From an uncultured Poribacteria bacterium (GTDB lineage Bacteria > Poribacteria > WGA-4E > WGA-3G): a stretch of 64,000 nucleotides of DNA. A model generated the notes under the pieces. It did no database searches. It had not been told where the DNA came from and saw only the letters and a program-made list of their open reading frames with translations. Position numbers and translations under genes: made by a program. Below, in pieces: positions 50,541 to 59,679 of the stretch; position 1 is the first letter of the stretch, and every line of letters starts with the position of its first letter. The stretch lies in contig OY282383.1 of NCBI GenBank assembly GCA_958295855.1, positions 1,404,481 through 1,468,480 of the forward strand, given 5' to 3'.

Positions 50541-51578
50541 ATGATACGCGAAATATCACTCATTTTTCTTTTTTGCCTGATACTCCTTTCATGCCATGAG
50601 GAACAGGGAAACTGGACAGCTGTTCACCAGGAAGGCGCGTATATATACGGTGTGTGGAAAAGCCGCACAGCGAAAATAGCAGAGCAGACAATGATAGAGG
50701 TCGCCGCAAACATCCGCACCCAAGATGATGGGGTGTCAGCACCGCTAAAGCGCGGGGTCAAAGAATCTCTGGGACAAACAAACATCGCCCCAGAGCACCT
50801 CTTGCCTGCGGATGACGAGGCCGCGGGATGGGTACGGTCGCGAGCACCGTCAACCTATCAGGGTGCAACGCTCTACCGAGATAGAGCTGCAGCACCTGCA
50901 CTTTACTACGCTTATGGCTTCCAACAGCAGGCAGAGGTTGAATATCAAAACCCGCGATTTGGTTCAAAGCCCCTGATTTTACTAGAAATTTTTGATATGG
51001 AAACCCCAGAAAATGCCTTTGGAATTTACAGTTTCAACACCTATCCACAAGCAAAATTTGAATGGGTTGGCAGCAGGGCAATGCTTTCGGGCGGTTATCT
51101 CCGGTTTTCAAAAGGAAAGTATTTCATCCAGATAGAGGGCTACGAATTCGCAACTGGCATTCGCGACGGAATGATTATGCTCGCAAAATCTGTTGCGGCT
51201 CGAATTAAAGCACCTTCCACGCTTTCTCGCAAGCGTGACTGGGCATCTATACTTAGACTGTTACCTAACAACAAGGTGAACGGAAGTGTCAAACTGTTTC
51301 GCACGAATTGGGCATTGAGCCAAATCTACAGTACTTTACCTGAAAATGTGCCACAATTGAATGATGAGGCACTTGGTATTTCTGCACTCTATAAAGAGGA
51401 TTACGATTCAGCAAAGTGGATGGATGCTCGGATTGTTTTTATTCTCTGTTTTCCTGAGCCATCTATGGCTGAATCTGCTTACACGCTTTACCGACAAGCC
51501 CTAGTGGAACGGAGCGTACCTGTTGAAATTGGCGTAAGCGGAGAAATTCTTATTAACGAACACCCTGTTCCGAAGTAG
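50541..51578 (+). CDS. hypothetical lipoprotein
   Basis: LILLSC lipobox. No recognisable motif. Confidence 0.45.
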   Translation: MIREISLIFLFCLILLSCHEEQGNWTAVHQEGAYIYGVWKSRTAKIAEQTMIEVAANIRTQDDGVSAPLKRGVKESLGQTNIAPEHLLPADDEAAGWVRSRAPSTYQGATLYRDRAAAPALYYAYGFQQQAEVEYQNPRFGSKPLILLEIFDMETPENAFGIYSFNTYPQAKFEWVGSRAMLSGGYLRFSKGKYFIQIEGYEFATGIRDGMIMLAKSVAARIKAPSTLSRKRDWASILRLLPNNKVNGSVKLFRTNWALSQIYSTLPENVPQLNDEALGISALYKEDYDSAKWMDARIVFILCFPEPSMAESAYTLYRQALVERSVPVEIGVSGEILINEHPVPK

Positions 51579-51588
51579 ATGTGCCCTA

Positions 51589-51746
51589 ATGTAAAAAATA
51601 AAAAAGTTGTTCATTAAAATTCACAACTTGGGTAGGCACAAGGCCTACCGCTACAATGGAAACCGTATGCGCTTTAACAAATATAAGAAATAAAAAAGTT
51701 GTTCATTAAAATTCACAACTTGGGTAGGCATAAGGCCTACCCCTAC
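51589..51746. repeat. two tandem E + B-variant composite units
   Basis: (gtaaaaaataaaaaagttgttcattaaaattcacaacttgg + gtaggcacaaggcctac) x2, with a period of about 90 nt. Confidence 0.8.
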
Positions 51747-51781
51747 AAAAGAACTCTAGCGGAGAAATAAGGTAGTAGGGG

Positions 51782-51885
51782 TGGTATTTGCCCCTGCAAG
51801 CAGGGGTTATGGTTCTTAGTGTCTAGTGGTACGCAGTAAACCTCGGCAACCCTTGCTATGGCACACGGAGTGTGCCTGCTACTAT
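51782..51885. repeat. A hairpin + C-family palindrome upstream of amidohydrolase gene
   Basis: tggtatttgcccctgcaagcagggg ... ccttgctatggcacacggagtgtgcctgctact. Confidence 0.75.
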
Positions 51886-51909
51886 GCTGCAAACAAAAGG
51901 AGAATCAAA

Positions 51910-52692
51910 ATGCGTGGCGATTTTGAAGCCTATCTCAATGATTCATTTCGTGATGAAAATGGAAGGCTGGATTTAGCGGCATTATTAACATTGGAAGATG
52001 AAGCCGCCATGGATGTAGCAGTCATCATGCCCAATACCCAACCCGATCCGCAAAATGATGAACTTGCCGATGCTATTCGCGGAAACCCGCGTGCCCTCGG
52101 CTGCGCGCTCGTGCATCCGACAGAACCAGAACCGGTTGAACAAGTCAAGTTGGCGGCGGAGGTGTGGGGAATGCGCGGTATTAAGCTCATGCCTGCTGTT
52201 CACAACTACAATGTGGACGACCCCATCGTACGCCCTGTCGTTGAATCCGCACGTGACTATGGACTTATCGTTTCAATTCACTCCGGACCTAACAATTGCC
52301 ATCCCAACCGCATCGGCACCGTTGCAAGTTGGGTGCCAGAAACGCCTGTCATCATGGATCACATGGGGTTTCCTGATGACTTAGATGCTGCCATCTCTGT
52401 AGCCAAGGCAAACAAGAATATCTCACTTGGAACGACTATCTTACGTTTTCATCGCCGCTGGGGGACGGATGCAAACACCGTTGTTCCTACAGAGGTAAAA
52501 GATGCAGTGGATGCGCTCGGCCCGGAACAGATCGTCTTTGGCTCTAATTTGCCGGAATACCGTCCTATTCAGGTGATTAATGCCCTCAAGCGGTTGGAAC
52601 TCGGCGATGATGCAGAGGCACTAATTTTCGGCGATAACCTCGCGCGCATCTATGGATTAGAAGGTTTTTCGTCATTCCTTGCGGAGAATTGA
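51910..52692 (+). CDS. amidohydrolase-2 (TIM-barrel metal-dependent hydrolase) family protein; C-terminal 8 aa and stop encoded by a D repeat
   Basis: HxH-less amidohydrolase_2 pattern (MDHMGFPD, FGSNLPE). The protein ends GFSSFLAEN*, read from tttttcgtcattccttgcggagaattga. Confidence 0.6.
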   Translation: MRGDFEAYLNDSFRDENGRLDLAALLTLEDEAAMDVAVIMPNTQPDPQNDELADAIRGNPRALGCALVHPTEPEPVEQVKLAAEVWGMRGIKLMPAVHNYNVDDPIVRPVVESARDYGLIVSIHSGPNNCHPNRIGTVASWVPETPVIMDHMGFPDDLDAAISVAKANKNISLGTTILRFHRRWGTDANTVVPTEVKDAVDALGPEQIVFGSNLPEYRPIQVINALKRLELGDDAEALIFGDNLARIYGLEGFSSFLAEN

Positions 52693-52925
52693 GAATGCTT
52701 GGTAGGTCTGGCAATGTACTGTAGCTCTCGTCGGAGGTTTTTGACGCAAGGTTTTTTAACTTTCCTTGCGGAGAATTGAGAATGCAAGATAGCTCTTACC
52801 ATTCTTTGTAGCTCTCGTCGGAGGTTTTTGACGCAAGGTTTTTTAACTTTCCTTGCGGAGAATTGAGAATGCAAGATAGCTCTTACAATTCTTTGTAGCT
52901 CTCGTCGGAGGTTTTTGACGCAAAG
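52667..52925. repeat. three tandem D-family elements (period ~88 nt)
   Basis: D1 52667-52751, D2 52761-52839 and D3 52848-52925. The minus-strand ORF 52650..52874 in the track is an artefact of this array. Confidence 0.85.
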
Positions 52926-52953
52926 TTTACGTTACGTTTAAAATGGTGGCAAA

Positions 52954-54063
52954 ATGAAAAGAACGCCCCTTTATGAGGTTCACAAAGCCCTCAACGCCAA
53001 ATTTACCCAATTCGGTGGATGGGACATGCCGCTCCAATATAGCAGTATTGTTGAGGAGCATCTGGCTGTCCGAACCACTGCTGGTTTGTTTGACTTGTCG
53101 CACATGGGTGAGATTGAGGTCTGCGGACACGGGGCGAACGAGTTGGTGCAAAAACTCAGCACCAACGACGTGAACCGTTTAACCGATGGGCGTGTGTTGT
53201 ATACACTCCTTTGTAAGGAGACAGGCGGAATAGTTGATGATATTCTCATTTACCGCCGCGCCGATAACTACTATATGCTGGTTGTCAATGCTGCCAACAT
53301 TGAAAAAGATCTGGCATGGGTGGAAGCCCATAATGACGAGGGCGCGGAAGTAAGAGATGTAAGCGAGGATACAACCCTCATCGCGCTACAGGGGCCCGCA
53401 GCGATGGACATTCTGCGTCCCTTGGCTTGCTATGGCACACGGAGTGTGCCTGCTACTTTTGGGTTTGCTAGCGGCGAGGTAGCAGGTATCCCGACCGTGA
53501 TTTCACGAACCGGTTACACGGGGGAAGTCGGTTTTGAGTTGTATGTAAACGCGCGTTTGAATAAATGGGGTGCAAAACGTTTGTGGGATACGCTTTATCC
53601 TATAGTGACGGCGGCGGGCGGGCAACCTGTCGGACTTGGTGCACGCGACACACTACGACTTGAAGCTGGACTTCGCCTCTACGGCATGGACATGGACGAA
53701 AGCACGACACCGTTTGAAGTTGGGCTTGGTAGGTTTGTCAAATTTAAGAACCGGCAATTTATCGGCAAGGCTGCACTTCTTGCACAGAAACGGAAGGGAG
53801 CTCTTGCGAGGCAGATGGTAGGATTTCAGATGCTTGGCCGCGCGGTCGCGCGTGCTGGCCATCCTGTCTATCAAAAAGGTGAACACATAGGCGCTGTGAC
53901 GAGCGGTGCGCCTTCACCGAGTCTTAAATGCAATATCGGCTTTGCCTCCGTCGAAAGCAGTAGGCGGGCAGGCACAAGGCACTGCCCCTACAATGAAAAC
54001 ATCGATGTAGAAATTCGTGGGAAGATGCACCCTGCGAAAATCGTAGAAATTCCTTTTTTATAG
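52954..54063 (+). CDS. gcvT: glycine cleavage system aminomethyltransferase T, carrying in-frame C-repeat and B-repeat insertions
   Basis: GcvT motifs throughout. Inserts: ACYGTRSVPATFGF (C repeat, 53425-53460) and [11 protein letters not shown] (B repeat, 53966-53991). Confidence 0.85.
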   Translation: MKRTPLYEVHKALNAKFTQFGGWDMPLQYSSIVEEHLAVRTTAGLFDLSHMGEIEVCGHGANELVQKLSTNDVNRLTDGRVLYTLLCKETGGIVDDILIYRRADNYYMLVVNAANIEKDLAWVEAHNDEGAEVRDVSEDTTLIALQGPAAMDILRPLACYGTRSVPATFGFASGEVAGIPTVISRTGYTGEVGFELYVNARLNKWGAKRLWDTLYPIVTAAGGQPVGLGARDTLRLEAGLRLYGMDMDESTTPFEVGLGRFVKFKNRQFIGKAALLAQKRKGALARQMVGFQMLGRAVARAGHPVYQKGEHIGAVTSGAPSPSLKCNIGFASVESSRRAGTRHCPYNENIDVEIRGKMHPAKIVEIPFL

Positions 54064-54066
54064 ATT

Positions 54067-54228
54067 TCGTCTTTCCTTGCGGAGAATTCAAGTGGCAAGA
54101 TAGGTCTGACGTTGCACTGTAGATGTCGTCGGAGGTTTGTGCTGCAAGAAAAAAGAGGTTTGAATGCAGGTCGCATAAGTAAGAAATAAAAAAGTTGTTC
54201 ATTAAAATTCACAACTTGGGTATGAACA
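54067..54228. repeat. D element followed by E element
   Basis: tcgtctttccttgcggagaattcaag...gtcgtcggaggtttgtgctgcaag ... gcataagtaagaaataaaaaagttgttcattaaaattcacaacttggg. Confidence 0.8.
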
Positions 54229-54254
54229 CCATCCAATGGCGGTGATTTAAAAAG

Positions 54255-55993
54255 ATGAAACACAACTCGTCTCTGATGAAGGGCTTTATGGTATTACTCT
54301 CCCGGCCTTCGGAGACCGGGGGTATAAAACTTTTATTGTCTTTCCTAATTTTGGGACTTCTCATTTCGATCTCACGTCCAGAGGTTTACTCACAGACAGT
54401 TTCCGAAAGAGCCTCAGCATCTACAGTACGATTGGTCGCGTTTTTCGGTGGGGGTAGCGGGTTTTTCGTGGCACCAGACAAAATTGCAACGAATTTTCAC
54501 GTCGCCGCATCTGTCGAAAGGGGTCCGATTTTCGCAAAAGTGGTTGACAACGAGACTATCTGGGCAGTAGAAGGTGTCATGGCATTTGACGTTAAGAACG
54601 ACCTCGCCATCCTAAAAATCGCAGGGGCCGGCACGCCGCTTCCTATTGGTGACAGTGATATGCTCCAAATAGGGTTCGGTGCAGTGGCGTAAAATGTAAT
54701 CAAATCTATACAAATGTAATCAAATCTATCTGAAAGAGGTAGTCTTATCTGACAGATACAGAGGATGGTGAATGGAGCGTGAGTAGCGTTTCCTACTGCA
54801 CGATGCGAAGTGGCACGCTGAACAGGCCTACCCCCCGTGAAAAAGGTATTTACCCTGCAAAGCAGGGCGAATACCACCTGCGGATGAAGAGTTGGCAATG
54901 CGACTGCAGAAAGGTATTATCCCCGCTTTGCGGGGTAAATACCGATGCCGACGGTGGAGGTGGCGATAAGACCTACGTGAGACCCCTAGCCAACAACGTC
55001 TCACTACAGCATCAGAGACGACACGAACAATCGTTACGACACGTCGCGGACAGCTTAGCCGAGACGTCAAACGCCTGTGGATGCTATGTAAGCCCTACAC
55101 TGGTAGGCGATGGCAGATGAAGCAGGAAGTGTGGCAACTGATGGAAGAACCTGTTAGATTTGAACAGGTTTGACTAGAAATGTATAAGTCCCACAGAGCG
55201 GGAGTCTGTTTATTTGGCGGGTTACCCTTATCTAGGAAAATATAGGGTTACGGAGGGCATTATAGAGGATATCCGGCAGAGCGATAAATGGATACGGACG
55301 ACAACCGAAGCGTATCCGGGAAACAGCGGCGGTCCCGTGCTAAACAGTAAAGGGGAAGTCATTGGTATTCACGTCGGCCACGGCTATGACGCGCGTCCCT
55401 CAAACGCGCTCAAGGCATTGCTTGCTGCTTCTACGTCTACAGAGCCCTTAGCACAGTGGCAGAAACGTGCACTTGTTCGGGCGTATGTCTACGTCAAACG
55501 AGGCAGAAGAAAATATGATGATGGGGACGCTGCTGGGGCAATTACTGACTTGGATAAAGCGATCAAACTTAACCCGAACGATGCCGAAGCCTACAAATAT
55601 AGAGCGAAGGCAAAGGCGAAACTTGGCAACCTTGTAGGAGCGATAGCGGACTATAATCAAGCGATTAAACTTAAATCTGATGATGACTATGCTTATAGTC
55701 ACCGTGGAATGGCAAAGTCTGAACTTGGTGACCATGATGGTGCGATAGACGATCACGACAAAGCCATTCGACTCAGCCCTAAAAGTGCCTATTTCTACAA
55801 TAATCGCGGAGAAGCAAAGCGTTCCGTAGGCGATTATGCAGGGGCAGTAGAGGACTATAATCAAGCCATCAAACTAAATCCTAAGTATTCCACTGCTTAC
55901 TACCATCGCGGGCTTGCAAAGGAGGCACTTGGGCAGCAGGCGGCAGCGAAAATTGATTTTGAGAAGGCAAAGGCTTCCTTGCCCGGCCCGTGA
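54255..55993 (+). pseudogene. trypsin-like (S1) serine protease fused to TPR repeats, interrupted by a ~520-bp insertion
   Basis: His (TNFHV) and Asp (NDLAIL) lie in the 5' ORF 54255-54692. Ser (GNSGGP) plus about six TPR units lie in the 3' ORF 55214-55993. The two parts are in different frames. Confidence 0.6.
54693..55213. mobile_element. ~520-bp non-coding insertion flanked by 5-bp direct repeat TGGCG (target-site duplication) inside S1 protease gene
   Basis: gcagTGGCG|taaaatg ... gtttattTGGCG|ggttaccc. Removal restores ...IGFGAVAGYPYLGKY..., a protease-consensus junction. The insert contains two A hairpins and a 17-nt direct repeat, and has no ORF with a recognisable motif. Confidence 0.55.
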
Positions 55994-56005
55994 GGAAAAA
56001 AATAA

Positions 56006-56395
56006 ATGTTTCCACAAAACTTAAAATACATGGAAAGCCATGAATGGGCTAGGCAAGAAGGTGACATCGCTACTATCGGTATCAGCGACTATGCCCAATC
56101 CGAAATTCAGGATATTGTCTACGTCGAATTGCCTGAAGTTGGCACTGAAGTCGTACAGCAGACAGAGTTCGGGGTGATAGAGTCTGTGAAAGCGGCATTT
56201 GATCTCTACGCCCCTGTCAGTGGGGAAGTCATTGCTGTCAACGAATCACTCCTTGATGCCCCGGAACAGGTCAATGAGTCTCCGTACGATAAGGGCTGGT
56301 TGCTCAAAATCAAAATGGTGGCCTTGGACGAACTTGACGTGCTTCTTGATGCCGATAGTTATCGTCATTCCTTGCGGAGTAATCAGAACGTATGA
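56006..56395 (+). CDS. gcvH: glycine cleavage system H protein; last ~11 aa and stop contributed by a D repeat
   Basis: Lipoyl-lysine motif ESVKAA. C-terminus ...YRHSLRSNQNV* is read from cgtcattccttgcggagtaatcagaacgtatga. Confidence 0.85.
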   Translation: MFPQNLKYMESHEWARQEGDIATIGISDYAQSEIQDIVYVELPEVGTEVVQQTEFGVIESVKAAFDLYAPVSGEVIAVNESLLDAPEQVNESPYDKGWLLKIKMVALDELDVLLDADSYRHSLRSNQNV

Positions 56396-56443
56396 TGGTT
56401 CTTACAATACTTTGTAGCTCTCGTTGGAGGGTTCTGACGCAAA
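56361..56443. repeat. D-family repeat
   Basis: See gcvH. Confidence 0.8.
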
Positions 56444-56461
56444 CAAGAGAGGTGGTTACTG

Positions 56462-59431
56462 TTGGAAAATTCTTTCTTCTATCGACACATAGGTCCGCGT
56501 CCAGAAGACATTGAGTTGATGTTAACAACGCTCGGTTATTCGTCAATGGCATCTTTTATTGAAGACGTTGTGCCGGCAGATATTCGTCTAGCATCTCCCC
56601 TCAGTTTATATGTTGCCCACTCTCCCGATTCCGATGGGGAGAGGAAGGGTAGGCACAAGGCACTGCCCCTACCAGAATTTGAAATGCGGGCAGCCTTGGC
56701 GCAGCTTGCTTCTCAGAACCAGATCTACCGTTCCTTTATCGGCATGGGCTACGCTAACTGCATCGTGCCGCCGGTCATCCAACGAAACATCCTTGAGAAT
56801 CCCGGATGGTATACCCAATACACTCCCTATCAAGCCGAAATTTCACAGGGCCGCTTAGAAGCATTGCTAAACTTCCAAACAATGGTTATTGACTTAACCG
56901 GGCTCCCTATTGCTAATGCTTCCCTCCTAGACGAAGCAACAGCCGCCGCTGAAGCCATGGGAATGTGCATCGCAAGAGGGCAGGCACAAGGCACTGCCCC
57001 TACCGAGCAACAGACAGGTTTCCGTAACTTCTTTGTTTCAGAAACCTGTCATCCACAAACAATTGCCGTTTTGCAAACGCGTGCCGAACCTCTCGGGATT
57101 CAATTAGACATTGGTAACCATCAAAACGTGGATTTCGAGGCACCTATCTTGGGAGCTATCGCGCAATACCCGGCTACGGATGGTGCAGTTTACGATTACC
57201 ACGAGTTCGCCAAACGGGTGCATGCCGCTGGTGGCTTATTTGCTATTGCCACGGACCTATTAGCACTGACACTCCTGAAACCGCCTGGTGAGGTTGGTGC
57301 GGACATCGCTATCGGCAGTGCCCAAAGGTTTGGTGTCCCCCTCGGCTACGGAGGGCCCCACGCTGCGTTTCTCTCTACGCGCGAGGAACTCAAACGCCGA
57401 ATACCCGGACGGATTGCAGGGGTTTCTCAAGATGCAACGGGCAAACCTGCCATCCGCTTGGCACTCCAAACGCGAGAGCAACATATCCGGCGTGAAAAAG
57501 CGACCAGCAACATCTGCACAGCGCAAGTACTCCTCGCTGTCATGGCAGGGATGTATGCAGTCTATCACGGGCCCACGGGGCTTAAGCGAATTGCGGAACG
57601 CATCCAGAAACTCACCAACACCCTACGCACAGGGCTTGAGAAATTGGGTTACTCTACTGGGGATGCGCCTTGCTTTGATACGGTTCGGGTAGGGGTTTGC
57701 TACGGAAACCCACGGAGTGTGCCTGCTACTTTTGCTGCGGAACTGCTGGCTGCTGCACGGGCGAGAGGGATAAATCTTCGCGCGATTGGGGCAGGCACAA
57801 GGCACTACCCCTACAACATCGGGATATCGCTGGACGAAACAACGACGCTGGGGGATGTTGAGGAGTTGCTTGGTATTTTTGAGGATGCGAGGGATTTTCG
57901 GTGTAGTAGGGATGTTTGCTACGGAAACCCACGGAGTGTGCCTGCTACTTTACAACGAAAAACGCCCTATCTGACCCATCCTGTTTTCAATAGTTACCAC
58001 TCTGAAACCGAGATGCTTAGGTATATCCACAGACTCCAAACTAAAGATCTCTCCTTAGTCAACGCTATGATACCGCTCGGTTCCTGTACCATGAAACTCA
58101 ATGCTACGGCAGAGATGGTGCCGGTAACATGGCCAGGGTTCAGCGAGCTTCACCCATTCGCACCGCAGGAGCAAGCATCCGGTTACCACGTTCTGTTTGA
58201 ACAACTGGAGGCGTGGTTAGCGGAGATAACGGGATATGGGGGTATCTCATTGCAACCGAATGCTGGCTCACAGGGCGAATATGCGGGGCTGTTAGTCATC
58301 CGCAAATACCACCAAAGCCAAAACGAAGCCCATCGCAATGTCTGCTTAATACCCACATCTGCTCACGGTACAAACCCTGCCAGTGCAGTCATGGCGGGGA
58401 TGAAAGTCATCGTCGTTGCATGCGACACAGAAGGCAACGTTGACCTGGTGGATCTACGGAAGAAAGCTGAGCGTTATAGTGAAACCCTCGCCGCTGCCAT
58501 GGTTACTTATCCTTCAACACATGGTGTATTTGAAGAACAGATTCGCGAGATATGCGATATCGTTCATCAATATGGTGGGCAAGTCTACATGGACGGTGCC
58601 AATCTCAATGCACTCGTTGGACTCAGTCGTCCAGCAGATATCGGCCCTGATGTGTGCCATCTCAACCTCCACAAAACGTTCTGCATCCCCCATGGTGGCG
58701 GTGGCCCGGGGATGGGGCCTATTGGAGTCAAGGCACATCTAACCGATTTTTTACCGACGCATCCACTCGTCACCGTTGGGGGTAAGTCTGGAATCGGTGC
58801 TGTTTCAGCGGCCCCGTGGGGGAGCCCCGGGATTTTACCTATTTCTTGGGCGTATATTGCGATGATGGGAGCAGAGGGGCTCAAATCGGCGACAGAGGTT
58901 GCTATTCTCAACGCCAACTACATCTCCAAACAGTTAGCCCCCCACTATCCGATCCTTTACACAGGTAGGAAGGGGTTAGTTGCCCACGAATGTATTGTAG
59001 ATCTGCGTCCCTTTAAGAGAACGGCTGATGTAGATGTAACCGATGTTGCAAAACGGTTGATGGATTATGGGTTTCACGCACCAACTGTATCCTGGCCGGT
59101 TCCCGGAACAATGATGATTGAACCCACAGAGAGTGAATCTAGAACTGAACTAGATCGGTTCTGCGCTGCGCTTGTTGCGATCCGCTCTGAGATTGCCGAG
59201 ATTGAGACAGGGAAAGCAGATGGACGAGACAACGTTCTCAAAAATGCACCTCACACCGTAGAAACGGTCACGCAAACAGATTGGCCCCACTCCTACTCGC
59301 GCGAAAAGGCTGTGTTTCCAAAGCCTTGGGTGCGCGATGCTAAGTTTTGGCCTGCGGTGGCACGTATTAATGAAGTCTACGGGGACAGGAATCTTTTGTG
59401 TGCCTGTCCACCCCTTGATGACTATTTTTAG
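56462..59431 (+). CDS. gcvP: glycine dehydrogenase (decarboxylating), single-chain P protein, with five in-frame repeat insertions
   Basis: Full-length GcvP motifs. Inserts:
- B at 56646-56672 (GRHKALPLP)
- B at 56977-57000 (GQAQGTAPT)
- C at 57694-57733 ([12 protein letters not shown])
- B at 57788-57816 ([10 protein letters not shown])
- C at 57914-57951 ([13 protein letters not shown])
Start codon likely TTG at 56462. Confidence 0.85.
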   Translation: MENSFFYRHIGPRPEDIELMLTTLGYSSMASFIEDVVPADIRLASPLSLYVAHSPDSDGERKGRHKALPLPEFEMRAALAQLASQNQIYRSFIGMGYANCIVPPVIQRNILENPGWYTQYTPYQAEISQGRLEALLNFQTMVIDLTGLPIANASLLDEATAAAEAMGMCIARGQAQGTAPTEQQTGFRNFFVSETCHPQTIAVLQTRAEPLGIQLDIGNHQNVDFEAPILGAIAQYPATDGAVYDYHEFAKRVHAAGGLFAIATDLLALTLLKPPGEVGADIAIGSAQRFGVPLGYGGPHAAFLSTREELKRRIPGRIAGVSQDATGKPAIRLALQTREQHIRREKATSNICTAQVLLAVMAGMYAVYHGPTGLKRIAERIQKLTNTLRTGLEKLGYSTGDAPCFDTVRVGVCYGNPRSVPATFAAELLAAARARGINLRAIGAGTRHYPYNIGISLDETTTLGDVEELLGIFEDARDFRCSRDVCYGNPRSVPATLQRKTPYLTHPVFNSYHSETEMLRYIHRLQTKDLSLVNAMIPLGSCTMKLNATAEMVPVTWPGFSELHPFAPQEQASGYHVLFEQLEAWLAEITGYGGISLQPNAGSQGEYAGLLVIRKYHQSQNEAHRNVCLIPTSAHGTNPASAVMAGMKVIVVACDTEGNVDLVDLRKKAERYSETLAAAMVTYPSTHGVFEEQIREICDIVHQYGGQVYMDGANLNALVGLSRPADIGPDVCHLNLHKTFCIPHGGGGPGMGPIGVKAHLTDFLPTHPLVTVGGKSGIGAVSAAPWGSPGILPISWAYIAMMGAEGLKSATEVAILNANYISKQLAPHYPILYTGRKGLVAHECIVDLRPFKRTADVDVTDVAKRLMDYGFHAPTVSWPVPGTMMIEPTESESRTELDRFCAALVAIRSEIAEIETGKADGRDNVLKNAPHTVETVTQTDWPHSYSREKAVFPKPWVRDAKFWPAVARINEVYGDRNLLCACPPLDDYF

Positions 59432-59594
59432 TCGTTCCTTGCGGAGAAATGAGAATGCAAGACATGTCTGACAATGCCTTATAGATCTCGTCGGAGGTTT
59501 CTGACGCATTTTTGTTATTCCTTGCGGAGTAATCAGGTTGCAGGATAGTTCTGACGTTGCACTGTAGATGTCGTCGGAGGGTTGTGCTGCAAGG
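59432..59594. repeat. two adjacent D-family repeats immediately after the gcvP stop
   Basis: Copies at 59432-59509 and 59514-59594. Confidence 0.8.
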
Positions 59595-59595
59595 C

Positions 59596-59676
59596 CTACC
59601 TAAGAGTCCTCTGACGAGATTTCTAATAGATTTCTAACTACAGCGGAAAGCATGGTACTCCGCAAGGTATGTTAAA
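59596..59676 (+). repeat. G element: conserved ~85-nt leader shared by trkA and trkH
   Basis: taagagtcctctgacgagat...aactacagcggaaagcatggtactccgcaaggtatgttaaaaa. The second copy is at 61457-61540. Both end about 5-20 nt before the start codon. Confidence 0.6.
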
Positions 59677-59679
59677 AAG

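Noticed and set aside
52667-52925. Possible CRISPR array: three ~85-nt direct repeats with an ~88-nt period
   Set aside because: There are no unique spacers between the units, which abut each other. The repeat is the dispersed D family found about 15 times elsewhere, and no cas genes are nearby.
52693-52953. Glycine riboswitch upstream of gcvT
   Set aside because: The whole leader is occupied by D repeats. There is no match to the tandem glycine aptamer consensus, neither GGAGAG nor a CACCGAAGGGGCAA-type core.
54693-55213. Group II or group I intron interrupting the S1 protease gene
   Set aside because: There is no GUGYG 5' boundary and no AY 3' boundary. No domain V-like 34-nt hairpin and no RT or maturase ORF are present. 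The flanking 5-bp direct repeat fits transposition instead.
59596-59676. Hammerhead ribozyme in the G element, based on a CUGACGA...GAAA string with a possible stem between
   Set aside because: The nucleotide preceding GAAA is G rather than C, which the G10.1-C11.1 pair requires. The putative stem II, ctgta/tacag, is present in only one of the two copies. The conserved core geometry therefore cannot be satisfied.
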